A DNA stretch of 64,000 bases from Planctomycetota bacterium (GTDB lineage: Bacteria > Planctomycetota > UBA1135 > UBA2386). Positions 9,629-18,482 of this stretch are shown piece by piece. Under the pieces are notes generated by a model, which did not search any database, had not been told where the DNA came from, and saw only the letters and a program-made list of their open reading frames with translations. The stretch lies in assembly GCA_016795295.1 (NCBI GenBank), contig JAEUHP010000275.1, positions 2,195 to 66,194 of the forward strand, in the 5' to 3' direction. The position numbers were made by a program, and so were the translations under genes. Each line of letters opens with the position of its first letter. The first letter of the stretch is position 1.

Positions 9629-11601
9629 GGGGACACTCCGAGGGTTCGAGCATAACGCGCGGCCTCGTGGGCCATCGCCGCGTTGGTGAGTCGGGCCAGG
9701 CCCGGCGCGGGCACGGCACTGCGCTGGGCGCGCGCCAACAGTTCGCGCGGTGTTTCCCCGGGCAGCAGGCGCAAGCCGGCGGCGGCAGCAGCACGTTCGA
9801 GTTCGCGCACGGCACGAACCGTGGCACGACGGCCCACGCGCCGCGCCACGATGCCGCCGAGCGCGAGCACCAGCAGACCGGCGGCCGCCAGCGGATGCGT
9901 GCGCAACCACCGCAGGCTGCCCTGCGGCAGGTCGTACACGGCAGCGAGCCAGCGCCGACGCGCCGCCGCGTCGAAGCCGACCACGGCCTGCCACATGGCC
10001 TCACAGCGCTCCAACATGCCGCCGAACAGGGAGCCACCGTCGAGTGCCAGTGGGCCGTCCTGGGCGCTCGGAGTCGGGTCGATTTCGTGCCACCGGCCAT
10101 CGTCGGCGAAGACTTCCACCCAAGCGTGGGCGTGTTTGGCCCGAGCCAGCCACGCGCCCGTCGCGGCGTCGAACTCCTGGACCAGGAAGCCACCCACCAT
10201 GCGGCAGGGCACCCCCTGTACGCGCAGCACCAGGGCCAAGGCCGCGGCGAAGTACTCGCAGTGCCCGGCTCCGGTGCCGAGCAGGAAGTCCGTGAAGCTG
10301 CGCGCGAACCCGGGCTGCCCCGGCAGCTGGTAGCGCCGCTGGCTGCGCAACCATGCAGCGGCATGTTCGGCTCGGGGCAACGTGGCCACGCCCTTGGGCA
10401 GTTGGCGATCGAACTGAGCCGCGAGCGCCGCGAGCGCCCTGGGCAGATTGGGCGGCAGCTGGGTGCAGCGCGCCAGTTCGCCGCGCTCGACGGGACTCGG
10501 CTTCGGCATGGCTTGCGTGCGCACCGCGAACTGCAGTGGCGACGCAGACTCGAGCACCTCGGGCGGGGCTTGCAGCAGCCCGTGCGAACCCGCCTGCAGC
10601 AGCGCGCCGGGCGGATCGCAGCGCACCACACTGGCCGTGAGTGGCAGCAGCAGGCCACTCTGACGCGCGCCGAACTGCTGCACGGCCAGCGCGCGCTGGG
10701 TGGCCCCGGTGCTGCGCAAGAAGGTGCCGTCGCTCCGCAGTCGCCACGGCGCGTCCCCGGTGGCGGCAGGCGCTCGCGCACCATTGCGCGGCGGCAGCCA
10801 GGTGGTGCCGTCGAAACCGGTGAACACCATGGCCCGCCAGTGGCTCGGCGGCACCTCTTCGCCTGCCGCGGGGACCACCCTCAGCACCAAGGCGTCACTG
10901 CGTGCAGCACTGCGTTCGCCGCCCAGAACGATGCGATCGGCGAGCTCCACTTCGTGGCGGCTCTGCAGCAGCGTCGTGGTTTCGAGCCAACCGCGGCGCT
11001 GGAAATCCCGTGGCAGCAGCACGAACACCGCCGTGGTCACCAGGCCCACGAGCAGGGTGCGCCGGACGCTGTCGCCGATCACCATGCGGCGGAGGGCCCG
11101 CGCTGCGTCTGGCGCGACGGCCGCGATCGTGGTGTTCGCCTGCAGCGCAGCGATCAGGGCGAAGGCGTGCAGCACGAACAGCACCGACCACTGCAGGTCC
11201 GTGACGAAGAAGCTGGTGATGAACGCGATCAGCAGCGAGTTGAAGAACACCAGGTCCGGCCGCTGGCGCGCGCCGACGTTGTGCAGCAAGTGCACCTGGC
11301 AGAGGATCGCCAACAGCAGACCGTCCTCCAGCATGTGCAGCAGGCCGGTGGTGAGCGCGTGATGGCACAACAGGCCGAACACCACCAGGACGGTGCCGTT
11401 CCAGGCCACCCGGAACACGCGATGGCGCTGCAGGCCGCGTAGCCACGGGGCCACGGCGGTCAACAGCCACAGCGGCAGGAGCCCGCGCCAGGACACCACC
11501 TCCGTGGCCTGCACGAACGCGAGATCGAGCAGCCCCAGCACCAGCAGGAAGGGGAACAGCGGCTGCGTCACCCCATGCGCGACGGCCCGAGAGTCAGCCA
11601 T
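9625..11601 (-). CDS. Transglutaminase-like membrane protein (TgpA-like: multi-TM N-terminus plus transglutaminase core)
   Basis: Start at MADSRAV (11601). Several TM helices, then a Cys-His-Asp core: GAGHCEYFAAALALVLRVQGVPCRMVGGF ... HAWVEVF ... WHEIDPT. Confidence 0.85.
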   Translation of the reverse strand: MADSRAVAHGVTQPLFPFLLVLGLLDLAFVQATEVVSWRGLLPLWLLTAVAPWLRGLQRHRVFRVAWNGTVLVVFGLLCHHALTTGLLHMLEDGLLLAILCQVHLLHNVGARQRPDLVFFNSLLIAFITSFFVTDLQWSVLFVLHAFALIAALQANTTIAAVAPDAARALRRMVIGDSVRRTLLVGLVTTAVFVLLPRDFQRRGWLETTTLLQSRHEVELADRIVLGGERSAARSDALVLRVVPAAGEEVPPSHWRAMVFTGFDGTTWLPPRNGARAPAATGDAPWRLRSDGTFLRSTGATQRALAVQQFGARQSGLLLPLTASVVRCDPPGALLQAGSHGLLQAPPEVLESASPLQFAVRTQAMPKPSPVERGELARCTQLPPNLPRALAALAAQFDRQLPKGVATLPRAEHAAAWLRSQRRYQLPGQPGFARSFTDFLLGTGAGHCEYFAAALALVLRVQGVPCRMVGGFLVQEFDAATGAWLARAKHAHAWVEVFADDGRWHEIDPTPSAQDGPLALDGGSLFGGMLERCEAMWQAVVGFDAAARRRWLAAVYDLPQGSLRWLRTHPLAAAGLLVLALGGIVARRVGRRATVRAVRELERAAAAAGLRLLPGETPRELLARAQRSAVPAPGLARLTNAAMAHEAARYARTLGVSP

Positions 11602-12562
11602 GGCCGGCCTCGCCGAACTGCCGTTCGCCGGCGGCAGGACGCTGCTCGATGGGCGGGTCCGCCGCGTCGGTCCACGGTTGCGCCGCCGCCAGCCAGCGCA
11701 GCAACGCGTCACTGCTGGCCGTGCTGCCGTCGCCGACCAGAGTCACGCCCTGGCTCTGCACCGTGATCGGCCGGCGCGAGCGACGCGCTGCCAGCACCGC
11801 GGCGGCGGCGAGCGACAGCCGCGGCTCCAAAGCCTCTGCCGAGCAGTGCCGATCGACCCAGACCACCGCGGCCGGGTCGTTCGGTCGCGCATCCTCGCGA
11901 ACCACTGGCTCGCCGCGGCGCGCCGTCGCCCGCCAATGCACACGCCGCATGGAATCGCCCGGCTGGAACGGCCGCAACCCCGCCCCGTCCTCCGGCATCG
12001 CTGCGGAAGCCGCAGCCAACGGCAGCACAGCCCCGCCGGCTGATTGCCTGGCGCGCCCCACCCCGGAACCGGACTCTGGTCGCGGGTAGGTGTGGATCGG
12101 CAGCGTGCCGGGCAGCGTGCGCACGACCCGCCACAAGCCGAACGGATGGCGCGAACGCAGATGCCAACGCCAAGACCCGATCCGTCCCCGCGGCAGACCC
12201 GGCAGGGTCACCGTCAGGATCTCGCCCGCCTGCGCCATCGGCACGTGCAGCAGTTCGTGGCACGAGCCGCCGAGTTCGAGGCCGACTGCCAGGTCGAAGG
12301 CCGTCGCGTGGGCGCGCGGCAGACCCAGTTCGAGCCGCAGCGACCGCGGCCGGCCGGCTTCGGCGAGCGGTGGCTCGGCCATGCGCAGCGTCAGCCCACG
12401 CAGATTGGTGAGCGACCACACCGCGCCGAGCACGCCGAGCACCACGACGAACACCAGCAACAGGAAGAACAGATTCGAGTAGCCGGTGGCGAAGAACGCG
12501 CAGCCCAGAGCCCCGACCAGGAGGCCACCCTTCACGCCGAGTTCGGTCGGTCGCAGGCGCAC
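11594..12562 (-). CDS. DUF58 domain protein
   Basis: LRPFQPGDSMRRVHWRATARRGEPVVRE is the DUF58 hallmark. Two N-terminal TM helices. I chose the GTG at 12562, 10 nt after the moxR stop; the alternative ATG at 12634 would overlap moxR. Confidence 0.8.
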   Translation of the reverse strand: MRLRPTELGVKGGLLVGALGCAFFATGYSNLFFLLLVFVVVLGVLGAVWSLTNLRGLTLRMAEPPLAEAGRPRSLRLELGLPRAHATAFDLAVGLELGGSCHELLHVPMAQAGEILTVTLPGLPRGRIGSWRWHLRSRHPFGLWRVVRTLPGTLPIHTYPRPESGSGVGRARQSAGGAVLPLAAASAAMPEDGAGLRPFQPGDSMRRVHWRATARRGEPVVREDARPNDPAAVVWVDRHCSAEALEPRLSLAAAAVLAARRSRRPITVQSQGVTLVGDGSTASSDALLRWLAAAQPWTDAADPPIEQRPAAGERQFGEAGHG

Positions 12563-12572
12563 GGGTGGCTCG

Positions 12573-13613
12573 TCACAGGGGCACGGCGATGCCGGCCAGG
12601 ATCTGCTCCAGCACCGGAGCGGTGGCTGCGGCATCGGTGCGAAACAGCCGATGCGCCAGAGCAGGAACCGCCAACGCCTTCAAGTCGTCGGGCAGCACGT
12701 AGTCGCGCCCGCGCGTGAGCGCGCGGGCTTTCGCCAGCCGCAACCAACCGAGTCCAGCACGTGGGCTGGCGCCGAACGCGAGCTCGCCGTGCTGCCGCGT
12801 GGCCTGAATGCAGCGGTAGGCGTATTCGGCCACCGCCTCCCCCGTGTGCACTCGGGCAACTGCGGCCTGCATGGCGAGCAGGCTCTGGCCTGCCACCGCC
12901 GGCACCAGCGCGGCCAGCGACGTCTCCGCGGCATCCCGCTGGTAGAGCAGCAGCTCCTCCGCCGGCTCGGGATAGTCGAGAGTCACGCAGCACGAGAACC
13001 GGTCGAGTGCCGCCTCCGGCATCGGCTGGGTGCCGTGGCACTCGATCGGGTTGCGCGTGGCCAACACCACGAACGGGCTGCCCAGCGGCAGGGTACGGCC
13101 ATCGACCGAAACCGTGCCGTTCTCCATCGCCTCCAGCAGGCAGGACAGGGTCCGCGGACTGGTGCGGTTGATCTCGTCGGCGAGCACCAGATTGGCGAAC
13201 AGCGGCCCCTTGACGAAGACGAAGCGGCCGCGATCCGGGCGCCAAACCGCAGTGCCCACCACGTCGCTGGGCAGCAGGTCGTTGGTGAACTGGATGCGGC
13301 GAAACTCGCCGCCGATGCAGCGCGCGAGGGTACGGGCGAGCAGGGTCTTGCCGACCCCCGGCATGCCCTCCAGCAGCACGTGCCCACCGGCGAACAGGGC
13401 ACAGAGCACCGGCTCGAGCACTGGCTCGGGCACCTTGACGACGGAGGCGATGGCCTGCGTGAGCCGTTCACGCAGTTCGACCGCATCGGTGCAGAAGGCC
13501 TTGGGCGGAGCAGCAGACACGCCGAGGTTTTCGGCAGCCCGGTGGGCTGCGATGTGCGCTGGCTGGCTGGGCGCCTTGCCATCGGCACCTGTGCGGGCTG
13601 GCCGGCTGCCCAT
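12573..13613 (-). CDS. MoxR-family AAA+ ATPase
   Basis: Internal ATG at 13613. Walker A LLEGMPGVGKT, Walker B LVLADEINR, and VLATRNPIE...G...LPEAALDRF are typical of MoxR. Confidence 0.9.
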   Translation of the reverse strand: MGSRPARTGADGKAPSQPAHIAAHRAAENLGVSAAPPKAFCTDAVELRERLTQAIASVVKVPEPVLEPVLCALFAGGHVLLEGMPGVGKTLLARTLARCIGGEFRRIQFTNDLLPSDVVGTAVWRPDRGRFVFVKGPLFANLVLADEINRTSPRTLSCLLEAMENGTVSVDGRTLPLGSPFVVLATRNPIECHGTQPMPEAALDRFSCCVTLDYPEPAEELLLYQRDAAETSLAALVPAVAGQSLLAMQAAVARVHTGEAVAEYAYRCIQATRQHGELAFGASPRAGLGWLRLAKARALTRGRDYVLPDDLKALAVPALAHRLFRTDAAATAPVLEQILAGIAVPL

Positions 13614-13699
13614 TGCAGCCAGGACCCATGCCGCTTCGGCGGCCAGCACCCATGAGCCTCCCCGCGCAACGCGGCGGCTCGTCGACCGCGTGCCTGAGG

Positions 13700-14446
13700 T
13701 CAGTTGCGTCCAGGCGCTCCAGAGTGGGGCGGTCCGTCGTCGTCGCCGTCGAGGTCGTCGTCGGTGTCGTCGGCATCCGCGTCCGCATCGTCCAGTGCGT
13801 CCGCCGAGGCGTCGGCGAGGCGGATCAGGGCGCGAAACTGCGGATCCGTGCGCAGACTGTCCAAGTCGGGTTCGTCGCGGGCATGGTCGCGCAGGTGTGG
13901 GTCGAGTCCACATGCCAGCGCGATGGCGTCGATGGCCGCCGCTCGATCGTTGGCCAGGGCCAAGTAGCAAGCGAGGTTGTAATGGCCGATGTCGGACTTC
14001 GGATTGCGGGCCACCAGCGCCTTGGTGCAGCGGATCGCGCCGGGCAGATCCTGGGTGCGCCGACGGCACCAGGCTTCCGTCAGGTCGACCCAGTCCTCCA
14101 GCAGGCCGGTGGCGCGCAGTTCGGCCAGATCGGCGAGGGCAGCCTGGTAGTCGCCGAGCCGAGCCAGAGCACGCACGCGCATCGCCAAGGCGGCAGGCCG
14201 GGCTGCTGGGTCGCCGAGCAGAGCCGGCAGACGATCCAGAGCCTTGTCCGGACAGCGCAGTTCCAGCCAGCCATCGATCTCTTCGGCCAGGCGCTGCAGG
14301 GCGGCAGGAACGGGAAGCACACGCTGAGTCTGGCGATCCGGCTGGCGGGAAACAACGCCGCAGGCGGGGCCGGCGTGCCGCCGCGAACGCCCGCGATCAG
14401 CCAGCGGCAGCGGCGACCAGGGCATCCAGACGAGGCCAGATCGCAT
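13700..14446 (-). CDS. TPR-like helical protein with poly-acidic C-terminal tail
   Basis: ORF 13700..14446. TPR-like segments (ARLGDYQAALADLAEL; YNLACYLALANDRAAAIDAI) and a tail DDADADADDTDDDLDGDDDG. The true start is probably downstream of 14397 (for example the GTG near 14320), because the ATG at 14446 overlaps the upstream gene by 50 nt. Confidence 0.55.
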   Translation of the reverse strand: MRSGLVWMPWSPLPLADRGRSRRHAGPACGVVSRQPDRQTQRVLPVPAALQRLAEEIDGWLELRCPDKALDRLPALLGDPAARPAALAMRVRALARLGDYQAALADLAELRATGLLEDWVDLTEAWCRRRTQDLPGAIRCTKALVARNPKSDIGHYNLACYLALANDRAAAIDAIALACGLDPHLRDHARDEPDLDSLRTDPQFRALIRLADASADALDDADADADDTDDDLDGDDDGPPHSGAPGRN

Positions 14447-15119
14447 CGGCGATGGTGTGCAGGCGGTGGCAGCCGCCCGGAACCACCCACAACTCCCGCT
14501 GGGGCGTCACCAAGGCCGCGGCGAACGCTTCGCTGGCGCGATGGGGCACCACTTCGTCGGCGGTACCGTGCACGATCAACGTGGGAACCGCGAGCGCCGC
14601 GGGCAAGGCGCGCTCGTCGTGACGCCGGGCGTCCTGCAGGACACGCGCAGAGATCGGGACGGCCTGCCCCTGGCTGGTGTGCAAACGACCGTCGGCGTCC
14701 AGCAAGTGTTCGAGGTGCGCGAGGAAGCCGAACGCGGGAGCGATCATGGCCAAGCCGCGAACCAAGTCCGGCCGGCGCGCCGCGGCGAACGCTGCCACCA
14801 GACCGCCGAGACTGGAGCCGACCACCACCGAGGGCCCGAGGTGGGTGAGCAGGGCCACCGCATCTTCGATCAGCTCGCTCATGGTGATCTCACCCAAACG
14901 ACCGCTCGAAGCACCGTGTCCGCGTTGGTCGACGCGCACCACAGCGCGGCCGTGGGCACGCGCATGAGCCCACAGGGACTCGCTCTTGGCGCCCACGCGC
15001 TGCGACCCGAGTCCTGGCAGGAACAGATACCCGGGAGCACGACCGGACCGCCGGTCGCCGACCAGCCAAGCATCACCAGCCGTGGCGAAGCGGAACTGCT
15101 CAGTGTCCAGAGTGCTCAC
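14397..15119 (-). CDS. Alpha/beta-fold hydrolase
   Basis: 240 aa. Nucleophile elbow GSSLGG, HGTADEVVP, and C-terminal GGCHRL supplying the His. Confidence 0.8.
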   Translation of the reverse strand: MSTLDTEQFRFATAGDAWLVGDRRSGRAPGYLFLPGLGSQRVGAKSESLWAHARAHGRAVVRVDQRGHGASSGRLGEITMSELIEDAVALLTHLGPSVVVGSSLGGLVAAFAAARRPDLVRGLAMIAPAFGFLAHLEHLLDADGRLHTSQGQAVPISARVLQDARRHDERALPAALAVPTLIVHGTADEVVPHRASEAFAAALVTPQRELWVVPGGCHRLHTIADAIWPRLDALVAAAAG

Positions 15120-15152
15120 GGTCGCCGGGGCGCTCTCCTTCCGCAGAGCGCA

Positions 15153-17330
15153 TCACACGATACGTTCGATCTTGGTGATCTGCACCCGCATCGGCCCTTG
15201 CGGAGTCGGAATCTCTCCGAACTCGCCGACCCCCTTGCCCAACAGGCCCTGCGCAATCGGCGCCAGGTAGTTGATGGTTTCGTCGTCGACCACGTCCCAG
15301 GGACCGAGCACCCGATAGACATGCTGGGCACCGGCGTCTTCGGCGAGGGTGATCTTGGTGCCGGGAGCGACACGGTCGTTCGGCACGTCCTGGTCTTCGA
15401 TCAGCCTGGCGAGGCGCAGCTGCTGGTCCATGTCCTGCGCGCGGCCGGTGAGGTTGCGCTGCTCCTCCATGGCCGATTCCCACTCGCTGTTCTCGCTGAG
15501 GTCGCCCAGCGCGGCAGCGGCGCCGATCGCCTTGCTGTTGGCGGGGATCTTCTCGTCGACCAGCACCCGGTACTCTTCCTTGATGCGGCGCAAGCCGTCG
15601 CGCGTGGTGTAGACGTAGTCCTTCTCCCAGAACGGCAGCTCGGGCTTCGCCAGGATGTCTGGGAATCGATCGGCCACCACGCGGTCGATCATGTCGACGA
15701 TTTCCTGCGAGAAGTCCTCACCGGCGCGCCGGAGGATGCCGACGTACTGGGTCAGGTCTTCTCGGGAGATGCCTTCCAGCGAACGGTTCAGCAGGCCGCG
15801 CTTGCCCGTCAGCAGGCTGGTCAAGCGCCCCAGCAAGCGGTTGTGCAGCGCAACCTTCTTGCGGTCCTCGTTGAGGATGCGCCCGAGGTGCAGCATCACG
15901 CGACCGACGGCGACCGGCGACGGGCACTGCTCGAGTCCCTCGAACACACCGTCGCCGTAGAGCTTGCCCAACAGATACAGCAACACCGGGTAGCGCTTCG
16001 GATAGGGCGCCACCTTCTCCCAGAGCGGCAGGCACAGAGCCCCCTGTTCGTGGGCCACCAGGATCTCGACGACGTTCTCGACCGTCGAGTTCGGCCATTC
16101 GGTGAGCAGCACGGAACACTGTGCCGCCCAGTTCTCGCCCAGCGCAGCGGGCAACAGCCGCACGGCGTGCTCGCGCGACGCCTGGGTGGCCAGCCGATCG
16201 ATCGCCGCCGGCACCAGGGAGCCGTCGGCCTTGACCATCAGCGCGCGCACCTCTTGGGTGGCCGGAATCGACGCCCGCAGGCCCTGCTCCTCGAGAAACA
16301 GGATGCCGTCGAGGATGTGGGCGTGGGTGGCCTTCTTCTCTTCGATCGCCTGCTCGACCGTCTTGGCCGCCAGGGCCAAGATCTGGTCTCGCGATTCTTC
16401 GTCGGTGCCGCGCGCCAGATAGTCGCGCAACACCCCGATGCGCTGGCCGAGGTCGTTTTGGTGGCCGAGCACTTGCGTGGCCTCCTCGACCAGACCCACG
16501 GGTCGCTCGCGCACCACGAACGTCGGCCGACTGGCCGTGCCTTCGACGCGCAGCCACGGATCCTTCGTGGCCGCAGTGCGCGCACGCTTCCAGAAGCCGG
16601 TCCAGTCCTTCTCGGACACCACCGATGGGCACAGCTCGGTCTTCACCTGCTGGCTGGTGATGGTGCCGCGGTAGAGCGTCGCCGCGCGCCGAATCAGGGT
16701 GCTCGGCATCTTCTCCGCTTCCATGCGCAGCTTGTCCATCTGCTGCAGCTTCATCGCGCGCAGATCGTTGGGGTCGAGCGGCTTGAAGCGGGACAGCAGC
16801 GTGTCGAGCGGGAACGCTTCGCGGCGCCCATTGGCGAACGCCACCATGGCTTCCTGGCTCGCCGAAACGAAGTGCTCGACGCAGCCCTCGCCCCAGCCGG
16901 CCGAGTGGTAGACCACGTGGCCGTTGGTGAAGCGGCGCAGGCGGTCGAACTCGAGGATCGCGGCCACGGCCGTGCCCGCGGCGAGTCCCGCGCGGGTGCT
17001 GAGCACCGGGAACCACTCCTCTGCGGCGTAGCGCTTCTCGATCAGCGCAGCCAGGGTCTTGGCCAACGCTTCGTTGTGCGCATTCCGCTTCAAAGCGCGG
17101 AAGCCGAGCTCGAGGGCCGCATCGATGGCTCCCTGCTTGGCGAGAGCGTCGATCATCGAGCTGGCCATCGCCAGGGCTCGGGCGACGATCTCACGTTCGC
17201 ACAGAATGTCGACGACCGTGGCGTAGCGGGGGGCGTCCTCAGCGCGGGGGGCCTTCACGGCCTCTCCCCATGCGGACTCGAGGCTGTCGATCTGAAGGGA
17301 ACGCGCGAGATGGACGAGGTCGGACGTCAA
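15153..17330 (-). CDS. Long GreA/GreB-family transcript cleavage factor homologue (about 570-aa N-terminal extension plus GreA module)
   Basis: The C-terminal 150 aa match GreA, including the acidic tip GDLSENSEWESAMEEQ and the C-terminal globular domain (VAPGTKITL...YRVLGPWD...INYLAPIAQGLLGKGVGE). The N-terminal region has no assigned family. Confidence 0.8.
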   Translation of the reverse strand: MTSDLVHLARSLQIDSLESAWGEAVKAPRAEDAPRYATVVDILCEREIVARALAMASSMIDALAKQGAIDAALELGFRALKRNAHNEALAKTLAALIEKRYAAEEWFPVLSTRAGLAAGTAVAAILEFDRLRRFTNGHVVYHSAGWGEGCVEHFVSASQEAMVAFANGRREAFPLDTLLSRFKPLDPNDLRAMKLQQMDKLRMEAEKMPSTLIRRAATLYRGTITSQQVKTELCPSVVSEKDWTGFWKRARTAATKDPWLRVEGTASRPTFVVRERPVGLVEEATQVLGHQNDLGQRIGVLRDYLARGTDEESRDQILALAAKTVEQAIEEKKATHAHILDGILFLEEQGLRASIPATQEVRALMVKADGSLVPAAIDRLATQASREHAVRLLPAALGENWAAQCSVLLTEWPNSTVENVVEILVAHEQGALCLPLWEKVAPYPKRYPVLLYLLGKLYGDGVFEGLEQCPSPVAVGRVMLHLGRILNEDRKKVALHNRLLGRLTSLLTGKRGLLNRSLEGISREDLTQYVGILRRAGEDFSQEIVDMIDRVVADRFPDILAKPELPFWEKDYVYTTRDGLRRIKEEYRVLVDEKIPANSKAIGAAAALGDLSENSEWESAMEEQRNLTGRAQDMDQQLRLARLIEDQDVPNDRVAPGTKITLAEDAGAQHVYRVLGPWDVVDDETINYLAPIAQGLLGKGVGEFGEIPTPQGPMRVQITKIERIV

Positions 17331-17472
17331 CGGCTTGCTCGGCGGCTAAGGAAGAGCGGAAGAAGGGCGAGGCACGATAGCTTCGAAGCCACCACCCTTC
17401 CAGTCCGAACCAGAACCGCGCACGGACGCTGAGCGGCCGAACGCCAACCGCAACCGCAAGCCCGGCGGAGCG

Positions 17473-18150
17473 TTACTCGGCCAGGCGAGCAACCAGGGTG
17501 CTCACGTTGACCACCGAGCAGGACTCGTCGTAGGTGGCCAGCGGGATCTCGTCGAGGACCTCGTCGGTGGCGACGACGATGATGTAGAACTCCGCACCGT
17601 ACTGGCCGCGGAAGGCCACGATCTTGCGCAGCATCGGCGAGTTGACGTCTTCGATGGCCTCGATCACGACGGTCTTGCCTTCGCGGCCGCGGCTGCGCAG
17701 GACGACCATCGGGGCGTAGGCGGCGACCTGGCCATCCGGGAAGCGCACTTCGTAGTGGCGCGGGCTGTGGCTGTGCACCACGCCGGCGATCCCAAGTCGT
17801 TGACAGAGCTGCTGTTCGAGCTTGCCGGACAGCAGCCGGCCGCCGCACCGGCCGAAGCCGCTGCCGCCCCCGCCATGGGCCATCAACACGTCCAGCTCGT
17901 CGTTGCTGGTGAGGCCACGCGGCACGAACACCGGGCGGCCCTTGGTCATGGCGGGATGCGCCGCGCCCGGCGCCTGGGCTCCCACCCGCCCCTTGGTTGG
18001 CGCCGAACCCGCGCCAACCTTCTTGCCCGAAGTGGTTGCCGCACCAGCGGTTGAAGTGGTGGTGCCGGCAGTGGAAACAACCTTCTTGGTTTTGGCAGAA
18101 CTGCTGGGGGACTTGCCTGGAACAACCTTGCCTGGAACTTTCGATGCCAT
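17473..18150 (-). CDS. Hypothetical protein with Lys/Thr/Ala/Gly-rich basic N-terminal tail
   Basis: Internal ATG at 18150: MASKVPGKVVPGKSPSSSAKTKKVVSTAGTTTSTAGAATTSGKKVGAGSAPTKGR, followed by a globular C-terminal domain of about 150 aa. No family recognised. Confidence 0.5.
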   Translation of the reverse strand: MASKVPGKVVPGKSPSSSAKTKKVVSTAGTTTSTAGAATTSGKKVGAGSAPTKGRVGAQAPGAAHPAMTKGRPVFVPRGLTSNDELDVLMAHGGGGSGFGRCGGRLLSGKLEQQLCQRLGIAGVVHSHSPRHYEVRFPDGQVAAYAPMVVLRSRGREGKTVVIEAIEDVNSPMLRKIVAFRGQYGAEFYIIVVATDEVLDEIPLATYDESCSVVNVSTLVARLAE

Positions 18151-18482
18151 GGGGAACCTGGTGCTTCGGATCGAGCGCGCTCGGACCGAACGCCGAAGCT
18201 GCGAAATCGCCGAAGCTGCAAAAACCACGAGCGCGGCGGCACACGACCTTGCGCAGCCTTGCGCCACGTCGGACCGTTACTCGGTCCGGCCGGAACGGAT
18301 GCCGCCCGCCGCCGCATTCTACCAGCTTCTCTGTGCGCGGAAAGCCCCCCCTGCCCGGCTGGACTACGATCCGATCGGACGGCAGCCATCGGGCCACGGC
18401 CCTGGCTTGTCTGGAGCCTGCCGCGGCCGAGAATCCTGCCCAGCGCGAGGATTCTCGCGACCACGGTCCATAGTCTGCGCCG

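Noticed and set aside
14457-17432. 991-aa ORF on the plus strand
   Set aside because: It is antisense to the alpha/beta hydrolase and GreA-like genes, which carry unmistakable motifs (GSSLGG; DLSENSEWESAMEEQ). It is a shadow ORF.
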